A stretch of 34,207 nucleotides of DNA, from assembly GCA_016200745.1 (NCBI GenBank), contig JACQEF010000145.1, positions 1 to 34,207 on the forward strand. The letters are read 5' to 3'. Position numbers and translations under genes: made by a program. The DNA comes from Chloroflexota bacterium (lineage in GTDB: Bacteria; Chloroflexota; Limnocylindria; Limnocylindrales; CSP1-4). Under the pieces are notes generated by a model. The model saw nothing but the letters and a program-made list of their open reading frames with translations. It made no database searches and was not told the DNA's origin. Positions 26,475 to 34,207 of the stretch are shown here, in pieces; the stretch's first letter is position 1, and each line of letters begins with the position of its first letter.

Positions 26475-27566
26475 CTAGCAGCCGTTGACGGAACCGGCGG
26501 TCACACCCTGGCAGAGCGTGGCCTTGTCGATCCAGCCCGCGCTGAGGACATCGTTCAGGTTGTCCTTGGTGATGGGGTTCGGCTTGAGCAGGATCGAGTT
26601 GACGTCGTTGCCACCCGGGGTCTTGAAGACGGCCGCGCCGCTGACCTTGTCGATCGTCGTGCCGCCGCACAGCTGTGCAGCGACGTCGCCGGCCGTCTTG
26701 CCGAGCAGCCGCGCGTCCTTCCAGACGTCGACGGTCTGCGTTCCCAGCGCGACCCGGTTGAGGGCGGCGGCGTCGCCGTCCTGGCCGGAGACCGGCACCT
26801 TGCCCGCGAGACCCTGGGCCTGAAGGGCGGCGATCGCGCCGCCGGCCATGCCGTCGTTCTCGACGAAGGCGATGTCGATCTTGTTGTTGTTCGCGGTCAG
26901 GAACTGTTCCATCTCGGTCTGGGCGTTCTTCGGATCCCAGTTGTCCGTGTACGTCTCACCGACATTCTTGAGCTTGTCGGTGCTCTGCCCGACGTCCGGG
27001 AGGCCGGCCTTGACCATGCCCGCGCGCAGGAAGTCGGCGTTCGCGTCGGCCTTGTTGCCCTTGATGACGACGAAGTTGCCGGAATCCTTGACCTTCAGGA
27101 GGGCCTCGGCCTGCATCTGCCCGACGAGGACGTTGTCGAACGTGATGTAGAAGGCCTTCGGATCCTCGATCAGGCGGTCATAGGCAATCACCGGGATGCC
27201 CTGGGCGATCGCTGCGGCGACCGACGGCTTGATGGCCGTGCCGTCCTGGGCCAGCACGATGATGACCTTGGCACCCTGCGAGATCAGGTTCTCGACATTG
27301 GTGGCCTGCGTCTCGGCCGACGACTTGGCGTCGTTCGAGATGTACTTGGCGCCGGCGGCGTCGAGGGCGGCCTTGATGGCGGGCTCGTCCCACTTGGCCC
27401 AGCGCTCTTCCTGGTAGTTGTTCCACGACACACCGACGGTGCATCCGGCGGCACTGCCGCCACCGCTGCTCGCAGTGCTCGGGGCGGCCGTTCCGCCGCT
27501 GCTCGAGCAGGCCGCGAACACCACCGCCGCGGCTCCGATCAACGCCGCAAATCTGCGATTTGCCAT
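26475..27566 (-). CDS. xylF: D-xylose-binding ABC transporter substrate-binding lipoprotein
   Basis: The lipobox is AAVVFAAC. The XylF-like body includes VGVSWNNYQEERWAKWDEPAIKAAL, VIAYDRLIE, FITFDN..VG, VSGQDGDAAALNRV. I prefer the ATG at 27566 (GAGGAGGA 9 nt upstream) over the ATG at 27575, which abuts the SD. Confidence 0.85.
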   Translation of the reverse strand: MANRRFAALIGAAAVVFAACSSSGGTAAPSTASSGGGSAAGCTVGVSWNNYQEERWAKWDEPAIKAALDAAGAKYISNDAKSSAETQATNVENLISQGAKVIIVLAQDGTAIKPSVAAAIAQGIPVIAYDRLIEDPKAFYITFDNVLVGQMQAEALLKVKDSGNFVVIKGNKADANADFLRAGMVKAGLPDVGQSTDKLKNVGETYTDNWDPKNAQTEMEQFLTANNNKIDIAFVENDGMAGGAIAALQAQGLAGKVPVSGQDGDAAALNRVALGTQTVDVWKDARLLGKTAGDVAAQLCGGTTIDKVSGAAVFKTPGGNDVNSILLKPNPITKDNLNDVLSAGWIDKATLCQGVTAGSVNGC

Positions 27567-27749
27567 GCTCTCCATTCCTCCTCGTTGGGACCTGATCCCT
27601 CGCTCGGTTCCACGTGTCCCGCGCTAGGCTACCACCCTCCCAAGGCGGATTCCGCAACGGGACGTACGCTGCGCCGGCCGATCTGACCGGCTGCTGGCTG
27701 GCGCCCCGAGTGTTCACGCGCTCGGGACGTGGACCGCTGATTGGGGCCG

Positions 27750-27780
27750 CTCGCCGGGCACCGCGCGGTGCCGTGGCGAG
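27750..27780. promoter_or_regulatory. GC-rich extended palindrome/hairpin between xylR and xylF
   Basis: CTCGCCgGGCACCGCGCGGTGCCgtGGCGAG has a perfect 16-bp palindromic core, GGCACCGCGCGGTGCC (27757-27772), plus a 6-bp outer stem. It lies 60 nt after the xylR stop. It has no U-tract. Confidence 0.5.
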
Positions 27781-27839
27781 AGGCGAAGCCGGACGCAGGA
27801 CGGGCCTGATCCGGGCCGTTTTCGAAGGTACCTGTCATC

Positions 27840-29072
27840 CTAGGCGCTCGCCAGTTCCGCCCGGACGCCGCGGGGGCGCAATCGCGAGGCGGGGTCCGCG
27901 AGGAGCGGTTCGAAGGCAAGCTCGGCCGCGCCGAGCAACGGGGCGTCGACCCCGAGGCGGGCCGGCACGATGCGGATCAAGGCTCGTGGCCCCGGCAGGG
28001 TCCGGCGATCGAGCTCCGCCTCGAGCGCGCCGATGAGGAACGGATGGGCTCGCCCGAACAACCCGCCCAGGACGACCAGCCGCGGGTTGAGGACGTTGAC
28101 CAGACCCGCCAGCCCGATTCCCAGCCAGCGCGCCAGCGCGTCGAAGGCCCCGAGGGCGACCGCCGAGCCGGCGCTGGCCTCCTCGAGGACGGCTTCGACT
28201 TCGTTCCAGCCGCCACCGGGTGGATGGCCAGCCAGGCGGAGCAGTGCCTCTTCGCCGACTTCCGTCTCCCAGCACCCGACGGACCCGCATTGGCAGGCGA
28301 TGCCATCCGGGTTGACGGGAATGTGGCCAACCTCGCCACCGAACCCGGCCGTGCCCGTGAGTGGCCTGCCGTTCACGATCAGGCCGCCGCCCACACCAAC
28401 CTCGCCGTGGACGTACAGGACGTCCTCAACACCGACCGCCACGCCCCGCCGGACCTCGGCGAGCGCGCCCAGGTCCGCATCGTTGGCGATCGAGATCGGC
28501 GCGACCGAGTTGAGGGCGCCGGCAAACCGGCTACCGAGCGGGACGTCGCGCCAGCCCAGGTTCGGTGCCGTCGAGACAAGGCCATCCGTGCGACGGACGA
28601 CTCCGACGACCGCCACCCCGATCCCGATCAGGGAGTCGTTCCCCGATCCCGCACGAAGGTCGCCCGAAAGCTCCGCCAACTTGCCGACGATCTCATCGAC
28701 CGACGAATGCCCGCGAGGCCGTTGCACGCGGACGAGGTCGAGGACCTCGCCGCCGAGCCCGACCAGGGCGACCGCGAGCGAATCGACGGCGATATCGATG
28801 GCCAGGACGACGGCGCTCTCGGGGTTGGGGCGAACCACCGGCGACGGGCGCCCGGGACCACCGAGCGGCGTGGCGCGGACCTCCGAGGCGAGACCCGCGT
28901 CGACGAACTCCCCGATCAGCCCGCGGATCGCGCTGCGGGTGAGTCCGGTGCGGGCAACGAGCTCGGATCGCGAGCGGGCTCCGCTGACATGCAGCTCGCG
29001 GACGATGGCGCTCAGGTTCGCTCGACGAACGGTTTCGCTCCGTTGTCCGACCGCGTAGAGCCGCATCGCCAC
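27840..29072 (-). CDS. xylR: ROK-family transcriptional repressor (XylR-like), 410 aa
   Basis: The N-terminal winged HTH (RRANLSAIVRELHVSGARSRSELVARTGLTRSAIRGLIGEF) is followed by a ROK sugar-kinase-like body with the Zn motif H..(GHIPVNPDGIACQCGSVGCWET). The start is GTG 29072, or alternatively ATG 29066. Confidence 0.85.
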   Translation of the reverse strand: MAMRLYAVGQRSETVRRANLSAIVRELHVSGARSRSELVARTGLTRSAIRGLIGEFVDAGLASEVRATPLGGPGRPSPVVRPNPESAVVLAIDIAVDSLAVALVGLGGEVLDLVRVQRPRGHSSVDEIVGKLAELSGDLRAGSGNDSLIGIGVAVVGVVRRTDGLVSTAPNLGWRDVPLGSRFAGALNSVAPISIANDADLGALAEVRRGVAVGVEDVLYVHGEVGVGGGLIVNGRPLTGTAGFGGEVGHIPVNPDGIACQCGSVGCWETEVGEEALLRLAGHPPGGGWNEVEAVLEEASAGSAVALGAFDALARWLGIGLAGLVNVLNPRLVVLGGLFGRAHPFLIGALEAELDRRTLPGPRALIRIVPARLGVDAPLLGAAELAFEPLLADPASRLRPRGVRAELASA

Positions 29073-29101
29073 CGGATTTGTGTTCCTCTCTTCTAAATGC
29101 C
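29073..29101. promoter_or_regulatory. second copy of the xylA-type operator-like element, abutting the xylR start
   Basis: CGGATTTGTG-ttcctctct-TCTAAATGCC has the same 10-9-10 layout as 22382-22410 and is identical at 20 of 29 positions (left arm 8/10, spacer 6/9, right arm 6/10). It lies in the xylR / 29240-operon divergent region. Confidence 0.4.
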
Positions 29102-29239
29102 TGAGGTAGGCTCTTACAACGACGGTCCGAAGTCAAGCCGGCGCTTGGCTGGACGCGCGATACTGGGTCGATTCGCCTCACTGCCGTCCGTCCCGTCGTA
29201 CTGGATGTGGCGTTCGTCGAGCCGACTGAAGGGGTTCGC

Positions 29240-31120
29240 ATGCTCACACTCCGACCCAGGCGCCGACTCGCGCCCGTGGCCGTCCTGGCGGCGGCCGTGG
29301 TGCTCGTCACCGGCACCCTCGCCGTCACCCGTCCGTGGTCGAGCGGCCCGTCGTGTCCCGCCGTCGCGGAACATCCCGACTGGTCCGTCGCACGGCGCTG
29401 GGACGAGGCGCTGCTCGACGCCATCCGGCGCGCGCTGCCCAACCCGCCCGTCCACGCGCGAAACCTGTTCCACACGTCGGTGGCGATGTGGGACGCCTGG
29501 GCTGCCTACGACCCCGCGGCCACGGGCTATCTCGTCAACGAGAAGGCGCAGGCGTCGGACGTCCCGGCGGCGCGGGCCGAGGCGATCAGCTACGCCGCGT
29601 TCCGGGTGCTCAGCGCTCGCTACATCAAGGCCGTCGGGGGCGACCAGTCGCTCTCGGAGTTCGACGACGTGATGGACTCGCTGTGCTACCCGCTCGACGT
29701 CACGACGACCGAGGGCGACAGCCCTGCGGCGGTCGGCAACCGGATCGCCGCGGCGGTGCTCGCCTACGGCAAGACCGACGGCTCGAATGAGACCGGCGGC
29801 TACGCCTCGCCCGACTACCGGACCGTCAACCCGCCGCTCGTGGTGGCCAAGCCCGGCACGACCATGGCCGATCCCAATCGCTGGCAGCCGCTCCAGATCG
29901 AGCACATGATCTCGCAGAACGGGATCCCGGTGACCAATGGCGTCCAGCAAGCGGTGGGCCCGCACTGGGGTCACGTCAAGAGCTTCGCGATGCCCGACGG
30001 CGGCATCACGGGCGTGCCGATCGACCCGGGGCCGCCGCCGCGGCTCGGCGATCCGGCGACCGACCAGGTGTTCAAGGACCAGGCCGTCGAGGTGATCCGC
30101 GACAGCAGCCTGCTCGACCCCACCGATGGCGCGACGATCGACATCTCGCCGGGCGCCCGTGGCGGCAACTCGCTCGGGACCAACGACGGCACGGGCCACC
30201 CGGTCAACCCGGCGACCGGCCAGCCGTATCCGAGCGACGTCGTCAACCTCGGCGACTTCGCGCGGGTCATGGCCGAGTTCTGGGCTGACGGGCCCAAGTC
30301 AGAGACCCCGCCCGGCCACTGGAACGTGCTTGCCAACCTGGTCTCCGACGAGCTCTCCCCCGACCTGCAGATCGGCGGCACCGGTCCGGCCGTCGACCGG
30401 CTCCAGTGGGACGTCAAGCTCTACCTGGCGCTCAACGGCGCCGTCCACGACGCCGCGATCGCGGCCTGGGGCCTCAAGGGCGCCTACGACGGGACGCGTC
30501 CAATCTCGATGATCCGGTACATGGGCGGCCTGGGCCAGTCGAGCGACCCGAACGGTCCGTCCTACAACAAGGAGGGGCTTCCACTCGTGCCCGGTCTGAT
30601 CGAGGTGATCAGCCCGGCGACCACCGCAGCGGGCCAGCGCCACGCCGCACTGGCCGGCCACGAGGGCGAGATCGCGATCCGCGCCTGGGCCGGCAACCCC
30701 AAGGACCCGAAGACCCAGATCGGCGGGGTGACCTGGATCCTCGCGGCCAACTGGGTGCCCTACCAGTTGCCGACGTTCGTGACGCCCGCGTTCCAGGGCT
30801 ACATCTCCGGGCACAGTACGTTCAGCCGGGCGGGCGCGGAGGTGCTGACCGCGTTCACCGGCAGCGAGTTCTTCCCGGGCGGGATCAGCGGTTACACGAT
30901 CAAGGCCGGCTCACTCAAGTTCGAGGCCGGACCGACGACCGACATCCGCCTCGAGTGGGCGACGTACTACGACGCCGCCGACCAGGCCGGGCAATCCCGG
31001 CTGTACGGCGGGATCCACGTGCAGGTCGACGACCTCACGGGCCGCCGGATCGGCGCCGAGTGCGGGAAGGCGGCCTGGGCCAAGGCACAGCAGTTGTACC
31101 GCGGGCAGGCGCCCGGATGA
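29240..31120 (+). CDS. secreted or membrane-anchored PAP2-superfamily protein of the vanadium-dependent haloperoxidase-like type
   Basis: The ATG at 29240 has GAAGGGG 6 nt upstream. The N-terminal signal/anchor is RPRRRLAPVAVLAAAVVLVTG. All three PAP2/VHPO motifs are present: KGAYDGTRP (K-x6-RP), YISGHSTFS (SGH) and SRLYGGIHVQVD (SR-x5-H-x3-D). The ORF is open from GTG 29207. Confidence 0.8.
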   Translation: MLTLRPRRRLAPVAVLAAAVVLVTGTLAVTRPWSSGPSCPAVAEHPDWSVARRWDEALLDAIRRALPNPPVHARNLFHTSVAMWDAWAAYDPAATGYLVNEKAQASDVPAARAEAISYAAFRVLSARYIKAVGGDQSLSEFDDVMDSLCYPLDVTTTEGDSPAAVGNRIAAAVLAYGKTDGSNETGGYASPDYRTVNPPLVVAKPGTTMADPNRWQPLQIEHMISQNGIPVTNGVQQAVGPHWGHVKSFAMPDGGITGVPIDPGPPPRLGDPATDQVFKDQAVEVIRDSSLLDPTDGATIDISPGARGGNSLGTNDGTGHPVNPATGQPYPSDVVNLGDFARVMAEFWADGPKSETPPGHWNVLANLVSDELSPDLQIGGTGPAVDRLQWDVKLYLALNGAVHDAAIAAWGLKGAYDGTRPISMIRYMGGLGQSSDPNGPSYNKEGLPLVPGLIEVISPATTAAGQRHAALAGHEGEIAIRAWAGNPKDPKTQIGGVTWILAANWVPYQLPTFVTPAFQGYISGHSTFSRAGAEVLTAFTGSEFFPGGISGYTIKAGSLKFEAGPTTDIRLEWATYYDAADQAGQSRLYGGIHVQVDDLTGRRIGAECGKAAWAKAQQLYRGQAPG

Positions 31121-32778
31121 GCCCGGGGACCCGGAGGCGAGCCCTCGTCGCGGCAGCCGTGATCGTGTGCGCGACCGTCCTCGTCGTCGCGGGAATGGTC
31201 CTGGTCGTGCCGCGCGGACCGGCCGGGGCCATGGGTCCGGCCCGGTTCGTCGACGAGACGGCGACCGCCGGCGTGGACCAGACCTACGACGGAGGCCCGA
31301 CCGCGTTCGTGGGTGGAGGTGTCGCCGTCTTCGACTGCAACGGCGACGGCCGGGACGAGCTGTATCTCGCCGGCGGGAGCCATCCTGCAGCCCTGTATCG
31401 CAACGACAGCCCGATCGGCGGCACGCTCCGGTTCAGCCAGCTCCGCGATCCGGCGACCGACCTGACCGGGGTCAACGGCGCCTACCCGCTCGACATCGAC
31501 GGCGATGGAATCGTCGATTTGGCCGTCCTTCGGGTCGGCGGCGCCGACCTGCTGCGCGGCCTCGGCGACTGCCGCTTCGAGAACGCCGACCGCACGTGGG
31601 GCTTCGATGGCGGGCGCGGCTGGTCGACGGCGTTCAGCGCCACCTGGGAGGGTTCGGCCACGCTGCCGACGCTGGCGCTCGGGAACTACGTCCGACTCGA
31701 CACGACGGGTCAGCCCGGGGATTCCTGCTCCGACAACGCCCTCTACCGGCCGGACGCCGGTGGGCTGGGCTACGCCACCCCGGCCGCGCTGAGCCCGGGC
31801 TACTGCACCCTGTCCATGCTGTTCAGCGACTGGGATCGGTCAGGCCGGCGCGACCTGCGGGTCACCAACGACCGGCACTACTACGTCGACGGCGAGGACC
31901 AGCTGTGGCGGGTCGCCCCGGGCGAGACGCCGCGGCTCTACACCCAGGACGACGGCTGGGTGGCGATGCAGATCTGGGGCATGGGCATCGCCAGCTACGA
32001 CCTGACCGGCGACGGCTATCCGGAGGTGTTCCTCACCAGCCAGGGCGACAATCGGCTCCAGACGCTGGCGGCCGGGCCGAGCCAGCCGACGTACCGCGAC
32101 ATCGCGCTCAAGCGCGGCGTGACCGCGGCCCAGCCGTTCACCGGCGGCGACGTGCTCCCGTCGACCGCCTGGCACCCCGAGTTCGAGGACGTCAACAACG
32201 ACGGCTACATGGACCTGTTCATCTCCAAGGGCAACGTCAGCGCGATGCCCGACTACGCGGCCCGCGACCCGAGCAACCTGCTCCTTGGCCAGCCCGACGG
32301 CACCTTCACCGAGGCCGCCGGCGCGGCCGGCACCGTCACCTTCGCCCGCGGCCGCGGCGCGGCGCTCGCCGACCTCAACCTCGACGGCCTGCTCGACCTC
32401 GTGCAGGTTAACCTGGGCGCCCCGGTGATGCTCTGGCGGAACGTCGGCTCGGGCGACTCAGCCGGTCCCGGCCCGATGGGCGGCTGGCTCGCCCTTCGCG
32501 TCCATCAGCCAGCCCCCAACCGCGATGCCATCGGCGGTTGGCTCGAGGTGCGCGTCGGCGACACGACGACGCGACGCGAGCTGACGGTCGGTGGCGGGCA
32601 CATCGGCGGACAGCTTGGCTGGATCCACGTCGGGCTCGGCTCGGCGACCGCCGCCGACGTCCGCGTGCAGTGGCCCGACGGCGAAGTCGGGCCGTGGATC
32701 CGCGTGCCCGCGAACGAGTTCGCCGACATCGAACGCGGCGCCGCCGAGGCACAAGCGTGGCAGCCTCCGGCCAACTGA
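31117..32778 (+). CDS. FG-GAP/VCBS-repeat plus ASPIC/UnbV-domain protein (CRTAC1-like), membrane-anchored, 553 aa
   Basis: The ATG at 31117 overlaps the upstream stop (ATGA). The N-terminal TM is ALVAAAVIVCATVLVVAGMVLVV. Repeated D.(N/D)GDG..DL motifs occur (FDCNGDGRDELY, DIDGDGIVDL, DLTGDGYPEVF, DVNNDGYMDLF, DLNLDGLLDL). The C-terminus NRDAIGGWLEVRVGDTTTRRELTVGGGH.....VGLGSATAADVRVQWPDGE is typical of UnbV_ASPIC. Confidence 0.8.
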   Translation: MSPGTRRRALVAAAVIVCATVLVVAGMVLVVPRGPAGAMGPARFVDETATAGVDQTYDGGPTAFVGGGVAVFDCNGDGRDELYLAGGSHPAALYRNDSPIGGTLRFSQLRDPATDLTGVNGAYPLDIDGDGIVDLAVLRVGGADLLRGLGDCRFENADRTWGFDGGRGWSTAFSATWEGSATLPTLALGNYVRLDTTGQPGDSCSDNALYRPDAGGLGYATPAALSPGYCTLSMLFSDWDRSGRRDLRVTNDRHYYVDGEDQLWRVAPGETPRLYTQDDGWVAMQIWGMGIASYDLTGDGYPEVFLTSQGDNRLQTLAAGPSQPTYRDIALKRGVTAAQPFTGGDVLPSTAWHPEFEDVNNDGYMDLFISKGNVSAMPDYAARDPSNLLLGQPDGTFTEAAGAAGTVTFARGRGAALADLNLDGLLDLVQVNLGAPVMLWRNVGSGDSAGPGPMGGWLALRVHQPAPNRDAIGGWLEVRVGDTTTRRELTVGGGHIGGQLGWIHVGLGSATAADVRVQWPDGEVGPWIRVPANEFADIERGAAEAQAWQPPAN

Positions 32779-32813
32779 CCACCCTCCCAGACTGACCGGA
32801 AAGGACGGCGCGA

Positions 32814-34199
32814 ATGCCAACCGCGCGACTGGAGCGGATCGACCTCCCCGAGTTCGGCATGCCCGACGTCGGCCCGGAGCTCCCGGACGCGATCTACCCC
32901 GCCCGCATCGCGCGGCTCCGCCAGCGAATCGGGGGACGAGGGTACGACCGGCTGGTCGTGTACAGCGATCGCGAGCACAGCGCCAATCTCGCGTACCTGA
33001 CCGGGTTCGACCCTCGGTTCGAGGAGGCGATGCTCGTCCTCGGCCCGTCGGAGGACCCGGCGATCCTGGTCGGCAACGAGTGCTACGGGATGGCCGGTAC
33101 GGCGCCCGTGAGGATGCGCCGCCACCGTTTCCAGGACTTCAGCCTGCCGAGCCAGCCGCGCGACCGCTCCCGTCCCCTCGCCGAGATCCTGGGCGATGAG
33201 GGAATCGGCCGCGGGAGCCGCGTCGGCGTCGTCGGCTGGAAGACCTACGCCGGCGCCGAGCGAATCGACGTCCCCGCCTACATCGTCGACGAGCTGCGCG
33301 GCCTGGTCGGGCCGGCCGGCTCGGTCGAAAACGCGACCGGTCTGTTGATCGACCCCGGGGATGGGCTCCGGGTGATCAACGAGCTCGAGCAGCTGGCGGT
33401 CTTCGAATACGCTGCCTGCCAGACGTCGCAGGGCATCCGCCGGCTGCTGGCCGGGCTGCGGCCGGGCATGACCGAACGCGAAGCCGTCCGGCTGCTCGGC
33501 TGGAACGGGATGCCGCTTTCCTGCCATTTGATGCTGACCGCCGGGCCACGGGCAACGCTCGGGCTGCTCAGCCCCGGCGACCGGCCGATCGAGCGCGGCG
33601 ATCGCTTCACCGTCGCGTTCGGGATCTGGGGCGCGCTCAACTGCCGGGCGGGATTCGTGGTCGAGGACGCGGCGGAGCTGCCGGAGCCGATTCGCGACTA
33701 CGTCCATCGGCTCGTCGGACCGTACTTCGAGGCCGTCGCCGAGTGGTACGGCGCGCTGCGGGTGGGGCAGACCGGCGGCGCGCTCCACGAGATCGTCGAT
33801 CGGCGGCTGGGCGACCCCTTCTTCGGGATCTTCCTCAATCCGGGCCACCAGCTCCATCTCGACGAATGGGTCAACTCGCCGATCTCGGCGGGTTCCACGA
33901 TCGAGCTGCGTTCCGGGATGGTCTTTCAGGCCGACATCATCCCGGCGAGCGGGACGGACTACTTCACGACGAACATCGAGGACGGCCTCGCGCTGGCCGA
34001 CCGGCCGCTCCGCGACGCGTTCGCGGCGGGCTACCCTGCGGCGTGGGATCGGATCCAGGCCCGCCGCCGGTTCATGGCCGAGGAGCTCGGGATCGTCCTC
34101 CATCCGGACGTCCTGCCGTTCTCGAACCTCCCGGCCTATCTGCCGCCGTTCCTCCTTCGGCCGGACCGGGCGATGACCCTGGCGTCCGGGAAATCGTGA
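32814..34199 (+). CDS. M24-fold (creatinase/Xaa-Pro peptidase 'pita-bread') protein with an apparently incomplete metal-ligand set, 461 aa
   Basis: GAAAGGA lies upstream of the ATG. The N-terminal part is creatinase_N-like (RIARLRQRIGGRGYDRLVVYSDREHSANLAYLTGF). The C-terminal part is M24-like (GDRFTVAFG.., NPGHQLHLDE, GMVFQADI, TNIEDG). No signal peptide is evident. The gene lies 35 nt after the CRTAC1-like gene. Confidence 0.65.
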   Translation: MPTARLERIDLPEFGMPDVGPELPDAIYPARIARLRQRIGGRGYDRLVVYSDREHSANLAYLTGFDPRFEEAMLVLGPSEDPAILVGNECYGMAGTAPVRMRRHRFQDFSLPSQPRDRSRPLAEILGDEGIGRGSRVGVVGWKTYAGAERIDVPAYIVDELRGLVGPAGSVENATGLLIDPGDGLRVINELEQLAVFEYAACQTSQGIRRLLAGLRPGMTEREAVRLLGWNGMPLSCHLMLTAGPRATLGLLSPGDRPIERGDRFTVAFGIWGALNCRAGFVVEDAAELPEPIRDYVHRLVGPYFEAVAEWYGALRVGQTGGALHEIVDRRLGDPFFGIFLNPGHQLHLDEWVNSPISAGSTIELRSGMVFQADIIPASGTDYFTTNIEDGLALADRPLRDAFAAGYPAAWDRIQARRRFMAEELGIVLHPDVLPFSNLPAYLPPFLLRPDRAMTLASGKS

Positions 34200-34207
34200 C
34201 AGGCCCT

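Noticed and set aside
27547-27563. The palindrome GCAAAT-ctgcg-ATTTGC at codons 2-7 of xylF as a third XylR operator.
   Set aside because: The half-sites are everted relative to the ATTTGTG..CACAAAT arrangement of the xylA and xylR sites. The arms are only 6 bp. The element lies inside coding sequence (ANRRFA), so chance or codon constraints are as likely an explanation.

Overview
This is a 34.2-kb chromosomal segment of about 70% GC. Its gene content (MMPL transporter, HemQ/ChdC-type haem pathway, frequent GTG/TTG starts, TANNNT-type -10 boxes) fits a high-GC monoderm, Actinomycetota-like genome. Most genes are on the minus strand. From left to right I find:
- an MmpL-like transporter;
- a 64-codon GAF-like remnant;
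- an eight-gene haem operon in which every junction is a start/stop overlap (HTH regulator, hemA, hemC-hemD fusion, hemB, hemQ, hemL, hemE, hemH, transcribed right to left);
- a tetR plus DHA2-MFS exporter pair with two near-identical operators, where the MFS gene looks 3'-truncated;
- an L-arabinose block (CUT2-type ABC transporter plus araA, with a divergent LacI-type regulator);
- four small sensor/stress-type genes (receiver-like, CBS-BON, GyrI-like, DinB);
- a xylose block (class II xylA, convergent xylFHG, ROK-type xylR) with a structured 144-bp tandem repeat between xylA and xylG;
- a three-gene operon divergent from xylR (PAP2/vanadium-haloperoxidase-like protein, FG-GAP/ASPIC CRTAC1-like protein, M24-fold protein).

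I found no rRNA, tRNA, CRISPR array, transposase, integrase, or recognisable defence or toxin genes. I do not see a clear-cut novel multi-gene system. The most unusual items are:
1. hemE has a clean in-frame loss of about 54 codons at a (GGCC)3 repeat.
2. An uncharacterised HTH_17-type regulator leads the haem operon, in the position that rex occupies in Streptomyces.
3. The exported haloperoxidase-like/CRTAC1-like/M24-like operon has unknown function and shares a XylR-type operator-like site with xylR.
4. A nested 144-bp palindrome-containing tandem repeat lies between xylA and xylG.
5. The MFS gene is truncated, and its open frame runs through its own terminator.

All calls come from reading the translations and the DNA by eye. 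No searches were run.
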